In this document: in pieces, positions 9,671-18,250 of the stretch
How positions within the stretch are numbered: position 1 is the first letter of the stretch
How the letters are laid out: each line of letters starts with the position of its first letter
Virus record (IMG/VR): IMGVR_UViG_3300032235_000911
Location: 1-64,000 of that record
Strand: one strand, 5' to 3'
Origin: a virus
Length of the DNA: 64,000 bases
Translations under genes and position numbers: made by a program
Notes under the pieces: model-generated
The model's database searches: none
Told to the model about the DNA's origin: nothing
The model's input: the letters and a program-made list of their open reading frames with translations, nothing else

Positions 9671-10609
9671 TTAGATACTCATTATTTTGTTAATAAGCAA
9701 GTGGTCTGTATTCTTGATTGGTTGTGCTGCTAACTTGCGCTTCAAGAATTCTTCTTTGCTCATTTCACCAACATCTTTATATGGCTTGATTTCTACTTTA
9801 TAGATTTCGATTCCATATTTAAGTAGTGACTCGATTAGGATATTTGCTTTTTTTTCTGCGTCTGGGTCAAGTGCTATGTAAATGGCTGGGTCATGGCGGA
9901 TAATCTGCTTGAACAGTTTGCTATCTTCACGAAGCGTCGATCCAAGCAGTGGAATACTATTCTCCACCTTGATTGCGTCAAAAACCCCCTCAACAAGGAC
10001 AATATCACTTTCCCAATCAACCATTAGTTCATTAAATACAATATCCTTGCTCTCTGGTGGGTTCGTATACTTCTTCCAGTTGCCGGTAAATGTACGAGCA
10101 ACAAAATAGTTGCACTCACCGGCTGAACTAAACGATGGAGCAATGATACGACCCTCGTATTCACCACTTCCGGCATAACCAAGTTTCCAGCGAAGGATGT
10201 CTTGCCTGTCAATACCCCGTTTACTTAGGTAGTTTAGTGCTGCGTTGGCTGTTAGGCTAAACTCTCGATTGCAAAGTGAGACAAACTCTGCTGGGAGTTC
10301 TACAACTTGCTCTTTTTCTTCTACAACAGTGTTGTCAGATAACAGGATTTTTTCAAAATCGCTTACTTCAACCTGACCAGTAAGTTCTTTCCAGGTATGT
10401 TGCTGAAGAAATGTACCAAAACGCTTTACAAGCCGGGAAACAGGGCCAGCAGCGTCACAAATCCAGCATTTATACTTGTCCTTGACAAGATTTACGCTAA
10501 GTTTCTTTTTGTGGTGGCTACACCATTTGCAAAAAAACAAATATTCATTTCCGCTGCGTTGACAACTGCCTAAGATTTCTGCTACGATGTCGAGTTTTGA
10601 TTTTGACAC
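9671..10609 (-). CDS. DNA primase (DnaG/T4 gp61-like, zinc finger + TOPRIM)
   Basis: Zn finger CKWC...H...CWIC, YLSKRGI, TOPRIM motifs VEGVFDAI and ALDPDA. Confidence 0.88.
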   Translation of the reverse strand: MSKSKLDIVAEILGSCQRSGNEYLFFCKWCSHHKKKLSVNLVKDKYKCWICDAAGPVSRLVKRFGTFLQQHTWKELTGQVEVSDFEKILLSDNTVVEEKEQVVELPAEFVSLCNREFSLTANAALNYLSKRGIDRQDILRWKLGYAGSGEYEGRIIAPSFSSAGECNYFVARTFTGNWKKYTNPPESKDIVFNELMVDWESDIVLVEGVFDAIKVENSIPLLGSTLREDSKLFKQIIRHDPAIYIALDPDAEKKANILIESLLKYGIEIYKVEIKPYKDVGEMSKEEFLKRKLAAQPIKNTDHLLINKIMSI

Positions 10610-11115
10610 AGTAAGTACCCTGCTTTCGCGATAGTTAGGCTATCGGCACGGTCGAAGGAACCCTGAACTGGGTTATCGAACTTGGTGTACTGTACCGTAA
10701 ACTGTGGCTCGTTGTCAAGCCAGTGCTTTAGAGTTATTTCTTTTGCATCCCCACCCTTTGGAACATTTATTCCGACCATTTTTCGTGCTTGACGGCAGGC
10801 TATATACTGTGGTCTAATAGAGAAGATTTCGTAGCACATCCAGGAAAGTATACCATTAAACCGGTTGAGGGTCATAATCGTATGCGCACTACTCTTGCCT
10901 TTGCTCATTACATTAAGGGTTTCTTCTATGAATATCTTAGTTATACTGTATTTGTTTTTTATAGTACTTAGTAGTTCTTTGGCTGCTACGCTCTTATCAA
11001 GAAAGTCTGTGTATTTATCTTTGCGGAGATCAAGCATTCCGCATTCTACTATTGTAGTGCCATCAAGAATGGTGTATCCTGTTATGGAAGTACTGATATC
11101 AAGTCCTAAAATCAT
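10582..11115 (-). CDS. RuvC-like Holliday junction resolvase
   Basis: N-terminal ILGLDISTSITG, IFIEE and C-terminal DRADS acidic motifs of the RuvC/RNase H fold. Confidence 0.8.
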   Translation of the reverse strand: MILGLDISTSITGYTILDGTTIVECGMLDLRKDKYTDFLDKSVAAKELLSTIKNKYSITKIFIEETLNVMSKGKSSAHTIMTLNRFNGILSWMCYEIFSIRPQYIACRQARKMVGINVPKGGDAKEITLKHWLDNEPQFTVQYTKFDNPVQGSFDRADSLTIAKAGYLLCQNQNSTS

Positions 11116-11789
11116 ATTACATAATCTTCTGGGTTGGCATTCACAGCCACTACCTTATATTGATTGGTATTATTTAAGGCTGGTGCGTCAAGTGTAACAC
11201 ATAAAACACCAGATATTTCAGTTAAATGGCTATGCATTATGTCTTTTACCCAATAGTTATTTTCTCTAATAGATACATCATACATAATATAGTCAAGCGA
11301 AGCCACTGGAAAGGCATCCCCTCCCAGTTGTGTCAATGGAAGAAATATAGTTGCCTGTCCACCAGCATCAAAGGAACCAGTTTGTATGTATTTTAGGCGG
11401 TTTACTGCATTTTTAGTTGCTTCTACGGCACCAGCAAGATCAAGAGGACTTGGGACCCAGTAGCCGTCACGAAACTTTAGATAATCGTCATTTACGGCAT
11501 TACTGGCCGAAACGTCAAGGAGGGCGTTGATTGATGCGCTAATGCTTGTATCGTAAATAACACTTGTGTTAACTTCTGTAACATTAAACTGTCTGGCGGT
11601 AACTGCGCCGCTAACTTCAAGATCGCCACCAATATATGTATTACTGGCACTCAGTGGTACGCCAATCGTTACCGAGCCAGAGGCAATGCTTCCGCTAACT
11701 TCAAATAGTTTATTGCCTTGCGCGTCTTCTTTGCTTATATTTTTCTTAAAAAGCGCGTCACTTAGAAATTTTACTGGTTTATTTGCCAT
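11112..11789 (-). CDS. Virion fibre/structural protein (paralog of 12334-13812)
   Basis: Beta-repeat GDLEVSGAVTA. The C-terminal ~100 aa align with the 492-aa protein (QTGSF..GQATI / KTGAF.SGQAII; SLDYIMYDV / SIDYIALDV; YKVVAVN / YRLLAVN). Confidence 0.7.
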   Translation of the reverse strand: MANKPVKFLSDALFKKNISKEDAQGNKLFEVSGSIASGSVTIGVPLSASNTYIGGDLEVSGAVTARQFNVTEVNTSVIYDTSISASINALLDVSASNAVNDDYLKFRDGYWVPSPLDLAGAVEATKNAVNRLKYIQTGSFDAGGQATIFLPLTQLGGDAFPVASLDYIMYDVSIRENNYWVKDIMHSHLTEISGVLCVTLDAPALNNTNQYKVVAVNANPEDYVI

Positions 11790-11810
11790 CTATGGTCCTT
11801 CTTTGCAATA

Positions 11811-11817
11811 TAAATAG
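11811..11817 (-). promoter_or_regulatory. Putative phage late promoter motif CTATTTA
   Basis: GACTATTTATA upstream of RBS AAGGA and ATG 11789; one of ten intergenic CTAWWTA copies. Confidence 0.6.
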
Positions 11818-11825
11818 TCAATAGA

Positions 11826-12119
11826 CTACTTAAACCACTCAACAACATTTAAATATTCATACCAGTTACGATCTTCGCGCTTTTGTTTGCTTTTTATTTT
11901 ACGAGCCTCGGTTACAAACTCTTTGCTGATACCTTTTAGCTTGACTTTTCTATCTAAAACAAGTAAAGTTATGTCAATAAGACGAATTATTTTTTGTAAA
12001 TGGGCTTTTTTTTCAAAATTTGACATTTTTTCTACATTTTCTTGATATTTTTTAGAATCCTGCAGTGTAATGTAAAATAAGTTAGCAATCCTGTTTAAAC
12101 TGAGCGCGTTTTTTAACAT
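11826..12119 (-). CDS. Basic hypothetical protein
   Basis: 97-aa ORF whose start overlaps the stop of the upstream 52-aa ORF. Confidence 0.6.
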   Translation of the reverse strand: MLKNALSLNRIANLFYITLQDSKKYQENVEKMSNFEKKAHLQKIIRLIDITLLVLDRKVKLKGISKEFVTEARKIKSKQKREDRNWYEYLNVVEWFK

Positions 12120-12271
12120 TTTTGAATCTCTTCTGTTATAAATTCTTTAAATTTGATAAGTTTTTGTTTTGTAACTTCTCGCGCTTTGATAATATCTGCT
12201 TTTTCTTTATTATTTGTAATAAAGACATATTGTTGTATCATTTCTTCAAGCATTTGTATGTATATTTGCAT
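12113..12271 (-). CDS. Small hypothetical protein, 52 aa (not in ORF track)
   Basis: Manual translation MQIYIQMLEEMIQQYVFITNNKEKADIIKAREVTKQKLIKFKEFITEEIQKC*. It fills the gap, its stop overlaps the next ATG, and the CTATTTA motif lies just upstream. Confidence 0.6.
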   Translation of the reverse strand: MQIYIQMLEEMIQQYVFITNNKEKADIIKAREVTKQKLIKFKEFITEEIQKC

Positions 12272-12275
12272 AATA

Positions 12276-12282
12276 TAAATAG
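12276..12282 (-). promoter_or_regulatory. Putative phage late promoter motif CTATTTA
   Basis: TTTCTATTTATATTATG, directly after the terminator and 4 nt before ATG 12271. Confidence 0.55.
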
Positions 12283-12309
12283 AAAGGGCCAGGGATTTCT
12301 CCCCAGCCC
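12283..12309 (-). terminator. Intrinsic terminator after the 492-aa fibre gene
   Basis: GGGCTGGGGA-GAAA-TCCCTGGCCC-TTTC: 10-bp stem with two G-U pairs and a GNRA loop. Confidence 0.7.
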
Positions 12310-12333
12310 AGTCTACTAAACTTTTAGTTTATA

Positions 12334-13812
12334 TTACCAGCTGAACTTGCCAGCCTTCTCATTTACTGCGAGTAGGCGGTAGTGGGTTGCTTCGGTGAGC
12401 GCATCAATTTGAACCTTGACTGCTTGACCGTCGACAAACATATGAACGGCAACTAGGTCGTTCATCCATTCGCCGCTTGCATCTTTGACCATAACATCAA
12501 GTGCGATGTAGTCGATGGAACCGATATCGAACATACCTTCTGCACCCTCAGCGGTTAGGCTGATGATTGCTTGACCTGATGCAAATGCACCGGTCTTTTG
12601 AACGCGGAGGTCTTCGTATGCAGCAATAACGGCAGTCTTGTTATCACCAACGTTGGTGTCAAGGAGTTTGATTGCCTTGGCAACATCGTAGTAACCTGCA
12701 CTCTCTGCACCGGTGATAACGACGAGTGAACCAGAAGCAGCAACTTTAAGTAGTGCGTCTGCTTCAACGTTAGCCGCAAAGCTTGCAGCACCTGCAACAT
12801 CTAGAGTGCTATCGAGGCCAACTGCACCAACAACATCAAGGGTGCTGTCAAGTGCAACTGCACCAGCAACATCTAGTGTTGAAGAGGCGGTAACTGCACC
12901 GGTTAGGGTTGAAGCGCCATCAACAGTTAGGGTGCCACCAATTTCTGCATAACCATCGGCTGAGAGGTTGCCACCGGCTGAGATATCAGAAGTTGCTGAA
13001 ACGCCACCGGTGATTGTTGCACCACCACCTGAGATGGTGAGGCCGGTGTCGGTTAGGGTTAGACCACCAGCGATTGATGCTGCTGCGCTAACGCTAAGTC
13101 CTGCTGTTGCGGTTACTGCGCCGTCAAAGTTTGCTGCGCCGTCGATTTGTAGTTCATCTTCGCCGGTGATCTTGCCAGCAACGCCGAGGGTGCTTGATAG
13201 TGAAGCTGCATCCATCACTGATAATTCACCAGTGATGCTCATGTCGCCTGCAACTGAACCGCTGCCTGCAACCGCTAAGTCGTGAGCAAGATTTACTTTC
13301 TTGTTCATATTCCAGCTGTCGTCAAGGGCTAAATACTCAAGTTTTGCATCTGCACCTTCAAGTTTGAAACCACCTTCGTCTGCTGCCGCTGCATTTGCTG
13401 CACCCTTTGCTGCAATGATAAGGGTATCGGTAACTTGGAGGTCTGAGCGGCTGATTGCATCAATTTGGCCGAGGACTTCGAGGTTGCCTTGGACGGTTAG
13501 TTTGCCACCGACATATGCGTCGTTAGCAACTGATAGTGCGCTTGCTGAAACTTGGACTGCTGAGGCGTCAAGGGCTGCGCCGGTGATGGTCATGCCGCTT
13601 TCTGCTGCAACTGCTGCTTCGAATGTTGCTGCGCCTCCGACATCAAGAGTACCTTGTAGATCTGCTGCACCAACGAGTGTTGATGCTCCGCCAACTGATA
13701 GTGCGTCGGCAATTGCTACGTCATGTTCAACTGATAGACCGGCTGAACCTGAGATAATTGCGCCTTGTTTTGCTTGTAGTTCAACTAGAACTTTTAATGG
13801 ATTAGCTGCCAT
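12334..13812 (-). CDS. Ala/Gly-rich beta-repeat virion fibre protein, probably abundant
   Basis: Tandem ~12-aa repeats (STLDVAGAVALD / STLDVVGAVGLD / STLDVAGAASFA) typical of trimeric beta-helix fibres; strong RBS AAGGAG and its own terminator. Confidence 0.75.
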   Translation of the reverse strand: MAANPLKVLVELQAKQGAIISGSAGLSVEHDVAIADALSVGGASTLVGAADLQGTLDVGGAATFEAAVAAESGMTITGAALDASAVQVSASALSVANDAYVGGKLTVQGNLEVLGQIDAISRSDLQVTDTLIIAAKGAANAAAADEGGFKLEGADAKLEYLALDDSWNMNKKVNLAHDLAVAGSGSVAGDMSITGELSVMDAASLSSTLGVAGKITGEDELQIDGAANFDGAVTATAGLSVSAAASIAGGLTLTDTGLTISGGGATITGGVSATSDISAGGNLSADGYAEIGGTLTVDGASTLTGAVTASSTLDVAGAVALDSTLDVVGAVGLDSTLDVAGAASFAANVEADALLKVAASGSLVVITGAESAGYYDVAKAIKLLDTNVGDNKTAVIAAYEDLRVQKTGAFASGQAIISLTAEGAEGMFDIGSIDYIALDVMVKDASGEWMNDLVAVHMFVDGQAVKVQIDALTEATHYRLLAVNEKAGKFSW

Positions 13813-13859
13813 TCCTTACTTTCTCCTTGCCCTCGCGAGGCGTGTGTTATAAAATACTA

Positions 13860-14456
13860 CTAAAATTCAATTACTTCGCGTAAACGGATAAGATAATCAT
13901 CTACGCTGTTCATACTTTTTGCGACATCTACTGCCATAGTACCAGATGGAATCGTTGGATCAACCGAGTGTAGGTCGACCACTGAACTTGACAAAAATGC
14001 AACAACTGAACCGCTTACTAACTCTGGTGATATAAATAGTTTGCCAGAATTATAAACATACGAAATACTTGCGCTATTTTGCCCGCCCTCTTTTGCAGTA
14101 AAGAACTGCGGTGTACCGATATAGAAATTATTTTGGATGTTTGCTGTATCAAGTACAACATTATCGGCGTACAATGTGCCATCGACGGATAGTTGACCTA
14201 TGACATCAACATTCCCGCTTAGATATGAGTTACCTGCAACATCAAGGATGCCATCAACCTGCAATGCACCGGCTTGTGCATAACCGGCGTTTTGCATCAC
14301 TCCACCTACTTCAAGATCGCCTTCAACTATTGCATCGCGTTTAACATGCAGACCTGTGCTTCCGCTTATGGAGCCGGAAACCATTAGGCCTTTTTTCATC
14401 GTAACCTTTTCGTTTATGAAAAGGTCACTAAGTACTTTCAATGGATTGAATGCCAT
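13860..14456 (-). CDS. Beta-repeat virion protein, short paralog (start revised to ATG 14456)
   Basis: MAFNPLKVLSDL matches the N-termini MAANPLKVLVEL and MANKPVKFLSD; EGDLEVGG and GILDVAGN repeats; ends with tandem TAG TAG. Confidence 0.7.
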   Translation of the reverse strand: MAFNPLKVLSDLFINEKVTMKKGLMVSGSISGSTGLHVKRDAIVEGDLEVGGVMQNAGYAQAGALQVDGILDVAGNSYLSGNVDVIGQLSVDGTLYADNVVLDTANIQNNFYIGTPQFFTAKEGGQNSASISYVYNSGKLFISPELVSGSVVAFLSSSVVDLHSVDPTIPSGTMAVDVAKSMNSVDDYLIRLREVIEF

Positions 14457-14504
14457 TAAAAAATTTTCCTTGCCATACAAGGCCGCAATTCTACTCTTAT
14501 ATAA

Positions 14505-14511
14505 TAATTAG
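14505..14511 (-). promoter_or_regulatory. Putative phage late promoter motif CTAATTA
   Basis: GAAACTAATTAT in the intergenic gap; same context as the 19672 copy. Confidence 0.55.
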
Positions 14512-14531
14512 TTTCTTGAAATATATTTTTA

Positions 14532-14801
14532 TTAAATATCTGACCACGCTGCAAACTCAGGTAGAGATTTTAGGTACGTATAGACTTCTACCCAAGAAAC
14601 ACCACCAGCATTTTCTATAAAATATTGCTTTTGCTGAACTGGCTCGCCTTGTGTCTCTCTTACTGATCGTGTCGCATAAAAATTTACAATTGCGTCAGTG
14701 TCATATTTTGTTGATGTCCCCACCATTATACGCGCATAGCATTGTGGATAAATTTCTTCAATCCCGTCTTTTTGTATTGTTAGGTTGCCTGTAAGTGCCA
14801 T
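14532..14801 (-). CDS. Small tail-fibre-associated protein (start revised to ATG 14801, 89 aa)
   Basis: RBS AAGGAG precedes MALTGNL. The C-terminal YTYLKSLPEFAAWSDI resembles small proteins typically encoded just downstream of tail-fibre genes. Confidence 0.65.
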   Translation of the reverse strand: MALTGNLTIQKDGIEEIYPQCYARIMVGTSTKYDTDAIVNFYATRSVRETQGEPVQQKQYFIENAGGVSWVEVYTYLKSLPEFAAWSDI

Positions 14802-14820
14802 TGTATTCTCCTTGTTCGTA

Positions 14821-17800
14821 TTATGCACCAATAATTAGTCGAGCAGAGCCACCAGTTGTTGTAAAAGAGCTAACTGATGCAATTTTTGTTGGATCTGTTG
14901 TTTTATCTGTGCATTGTAAAGATCCTGCCAACGATACTGCGCCGGTTCCAAGACCTGTTTTCTTAGATATAACTAATTTGCCGCCCGATATTGTATTTGG
15001 ACCAGTATGAGTATTCGCCGATGACAGTGTCCAAGTGCCAGTACCTTGTTTTGTGAGGCCAACTCCTGTGCCACCAATGGTCGTGGATATTACACCAGTC
15101 GACGTACCGGTAAGACCTACAGCAGAACCAGAAGATGAACTTATTATTCCATTGCAAGTTAAAGTTCCTGTACCTGATGCATCAAGAAAACCTAGAACTG
15201 TAAAGTCTCTATTTGTTGAAGCAGTTGGGCCTGTATATTTTAATGTTGTACCACTATAAAATGGCGAACCACCAGGAGCCGTTCCTAAAGCAGAAGGAAC
15301 TCCAATATTTGCAATATTATTTATTTCTAAAGTTCCGTCATAAAAATTAATCCCACGGTCATATGTACTAAGTCCTGTTAGTACAAGTGTGCCTGCTCCT
15401 GTTTTTCTAAAGTTTTCATATGATACGCCACCGACACCTTGATTTGTTATTGTACCAGAGAATGTAACTCGCGTATTTGCAGCAACATCAAAAATAGTTG
15501 GAGCGCCAGTAAAAGTATAAACATTTCTTGAAGTAGTTAAACCGTTTGCCCCAGCTGTAAAGAGTACGCGAATATCACCATAGGTAAAATCACTAGTTAG
15601 ATTAATTTGGCTTGTTCCACCAAGAGCATTTGCATTTGTTACATAAAGAAATATTGAGCGAATTTCTGTGCCAACATATTGGCGTGTCTGCCTAACATTT
15701 ATGGTGCCATGGGTTCCCGCTACTCCTAGAAATACGCTATATGGATCTGTTCTAGCAGCGTCAAATGTAGAATCCGTTATATTTAGGTTTCCATTATTTG
15801 TAATAGTGCCAGAACCAGTAATAGTTTGGCTTCCTCTGCTGCTTGGATTTAATATAGAAAGCGAAGCAACTGTAACAGCACCATTGACTGTCGCGGTTGA
15901 TGTATTTTGAGCGGTACTGAATGTAACATTGTCGCCATTATAGAAGCCAGTTCCACCACCAGAAAATGTAAAACCACTGTTTTGGTTATCATACCATAGG
16001 CCGCTTACTCCACCATTCCATGTAAGATTTGCAAGAGTTGCCTGTGGTGTTATATAAATAGCCGTAGATGTACTTCTAACTGTACCACTACCAATACGAG
16101 GATTAGCACTATCGGTCCAAGCCAACGCAAGAAACACGCTTGGGGGTGTAGATGTTGCAAATGTAGCGATTGCGTACTCAACGCCAGCCTTCCAGCCAGT
16201 ACCAGTACACCTAACCCCGAAACTGCCGAGAGCAGAGAATGTACCGGTTATAGCTATCTTGGAAGCTATATTTGTGTTCGGGTCAGCACCAGCTGAGATG
16301 ATTGATATCCCTGCGGCAGCTGTTACACTGCCGGAAATGGCAAGTGTTTGTCCTCCGCTGCCATTTCCAGAAATAAAATTACCGCCCTCGCCAAAGCCTA
16401 TATTGCCAATAATGGTTCCCGTACCATCCAAATAAGTAGGAGATGTTGAGATGCCACTTACGTCTAATTTGCCTAAAACAACTAAACCACTTACTGTGTC
16501 TAGATACGTTGGCGGAGTATTAAACTTAACACTACCGGCTCCTGTAATATATAACATTTGGCCGTTTAATCTTAAATCATAAATATTTAAAGTAGAGTTA
16601 ACGTCAGCTGTGAGATACGCGCCTCGCGTTAATGTTATTCTACCACCGAACGCAGGGGTTGTTGCTATATTTGGTACTGTCAATGAACGTAATGTGCCTC
16701 CTAAGCTCATTGGACCTGTTGTAATCGTCGATATATTTCCGTATAAACGTAATTGGGCACCATCACTAATAGTAGTTGTTAGTGTTGCCGTTGTTGTAGA
16801 TAGTGGATTATTGGTTGTGTAGGTTAGCGAGCCACCTTGAATGTTTATCGGAGAAGAAGTTTTATTTCCTCCCGGCCCTGCAAACGTTTGATTGTTTGAA
16901 CCAATTTTATTTATTGTAATTGTTCCGGTACCGTTTTGTATACCGCTATGGTATCCATCGTTTGCATAATCGCTGCCAATATAAGTTGTACCTTGAAGAG
17001 TAAGAGGACTGCCGCCGGTAATTGCGCCAATACGTACATCTCCTGACAGGGTTACACCAACTTGGTAATCGGTATCAAATGTAGCATTTTGTAAAGTGTA
17101 ATCGGATATGGTTGTCGTACCAGCGATGAAACGAAAGATACCAGCGAATTGGGAAGCATTAAGGGTATTGTAATTAAGCCCTAGAGCACCAGCTCCTTCT
17201 CTGCGAAATATTGCCGTTTTAGGACCAGTGATTACGCCGTTTAACGAATGTGATTTATTAACAGAAATGGTAACTTCGCCTGCATTTGGTATATTGAATT
17301 CGCCACTAAACGTTATCGGAGGAGCAGAGCTACCAGCAAAGCCTAAATTAACAGAGGACTTTATTATAAATTTATTTGGAACAACATATACGTTGGTACT
17401 AGCGCCAGTTGTAATTCCAAATGAACTATTTCCAGTTAAATTTTGAAATGTAATTGGACCCGTACCTAGAGTATCTCCATCAAAAACGGGACTTATCCAG
17501 CCACCGTTAACATCGATGCCTCCAGAAAAAGTATTAACTTGACCAGATACTCCGCCAAGACCGAGCATTCCAAGACCGGTTTTTACAATCTTACCAGTAC
17601 CAGTTATAGTTGGTGTTGAAATTCTAAAAGCTCTTGTTGTATATGTTGTTGGTGAAATTTCACAATAAATTGTCGTAGTTCCATCGATTGGAATTTGATA
17701 ACCACCTGCAATTGTCCATGGAAAAAATGTACTTGTAGTATCGAATGCATTAATGTTTCGAGGAAATTGAGTTAGGCTTAAGTTATTTTGTAAAGTTAAA

Positions 17801-17946
17801 GTTGCTTCTGCTGAAAGATTAAAATTATTTAAATTTAATGTATCCGTAGAAGAAGGCAAAATAGCTGTCGATGCACCATCTCTGAGCCATCCGCTAGTTG
17901 CGTTCCAGTTTCCACCTGCTGCACTTGTACGTGTATATACGGCCAT
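14821..17946 (-). CDS. Autotransporter-passenger-like beta-helix protein with PATR repeats (no signal peptide, no beta-barrel); putative receptor-binding fibre
   Basis: PATR/autotransporter-associated beta-strand repeats: IVKTGLGMLGLGG..NTFSGGIDVNGG, FRKTGAGTLVLTGLSTYDRGINFYDGTL, LTKQGTGTWTLSSANTHTGPNTISGGKL; also LTWNGGVSGLW...FYNGDNVTF. Confidence 0.8.
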   Translation of the reverse strand: MAVYTRTSAAGGNWNATSGWLRDGASTAILPSSTDTLNLNNFNLSAEATLTLQNNLSLTQFPRNINAFDTTSTFFPWTIAGGYQIPIDGTTTIYCEISPTTYTTRAFRISTPTITGTGKIVKTGLGMLGLGGVSGQVNTFSGGIDVNGGWISPVFDGDTLGTGPITFQNLTGNSSFGITTGASTNVYVVPNKFIIKSSVNLGFAGSSAPPITFSGEFNIPNAGEVTISVNKSHSLNGVITGPKTAIFRREGAGALGLNYNTLNASQFAGIFRFIAGTTTISDYTLQNATFDTDYQVGVTLSGDVRIGAITGGSPLTLQGTTYIGSDYANDGYHSGIQNGTGTITINKIGSNNQTFAGPGGNKTSSPINIQGGSLTYTTNNPLSTTTATLTTTISDGAQLRLYGNISTITTGPMSLGGTLRSLTVPNIATTPAFGGRITLTRGAYLTADVNSTLNIYDLRLNGQMLYITGAGSVKFNTPPTYLDTVSGLVVLGKLDVSGISTSPTYLDGTGTIIGNIGFGEGGNFISGNGSGGQTLAISGSVTAAAGISIISAGADPNTNIASKIAITGTFSALGSFGVRCTGTGWKAGVEYAIATFATSTPPSVFLALAWTDSANPRIGSGTVRSTSTAIYITPQATLANLTWNGGVSGLWYDNQNSGFTFSGGGTGFYNGDNVTFSTAQNTSTATVNGAVTVASLSILNPSSRGSQTITGSGTITNNGNLNITDSTFDAARTDPYSVFLGVAGTHGTINVRQTRQYVGTEIRSIFLYVTNANALGGTSQINLTSDFTYGDIRVLFTAGANGLTTSRNVYTFTGAPTIFDVAANTRVTFSGTITNQGVGGVSYENFRKTGAGTLVLTGLSTYDRGINFYDGTLEINNIANIGVPSALGTAPGGSPFYSGTTLKYTGPTASTNRDFTVLGFLDASGTGTLTCNGIISSSSGSAVGLTGTSTGVISTTIGGTGVGLTKQGTGTWTLSSANTHTGPNTISGGKLVISKKTGLGTGAVSLAGSLQCTDKTTDPTKIASVSSFTTTGGSARLIIGA

Positions 17947-17960
17947 TATAGTTTACTCCA

Positions 17961-18230
17961 TTAACTTAATAAGATTTTAAAAGCACTGCCCTCTTGATAT
18001 ACAGCGCCAGCAGTAAAGCTCGTGTTGTTTGCTATTGTTATATTTGTTGCACTGCCTGTTAGCGAACCTGTCCAAGTTATTAGAGTCCACACGCCAGCAG
18101 CATTAAATACGCTCGTATTTAATTCTATCACAAGACCACTGTTTATGTTTATGTTTCCGGTAACTTCAAGTGTGCCGCCAATTTGTATCGGTGGACCTAA
18201 TATTTTTTTAATAACTTTAACTAATGGCAT
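17961..18230 (-). CDS. Small beta-rich protein resembling an autotransporter autochaperone/junction segment
   Basis: TLEVTGNININSGLVIEL...AGVWTLITWTGSLTG pattern; own RBS AAGGA. Confidence 0.6.
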   Translation of the reverse strand: MPLVKVIKKILGPPIQIGGTLEVTGNININSGLVIELNTSVFNAAGVWTLITWTGSLTGSATNITIANNTSFTAGAVYQEGSAFKILLS

Positions 18231-18250
18231 TTTTGCTTTCCTTGTTTATT

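Noticed and set aside
13813-13862. Stop-codon readthrough or recoding joining the 198-aa and 492-aa paralogs
   Set aside because: Tandem TAG TAG, the downstream ATG is out of frame and has its own RBS; TAA, TAG and TGA all behave as stops in this window.
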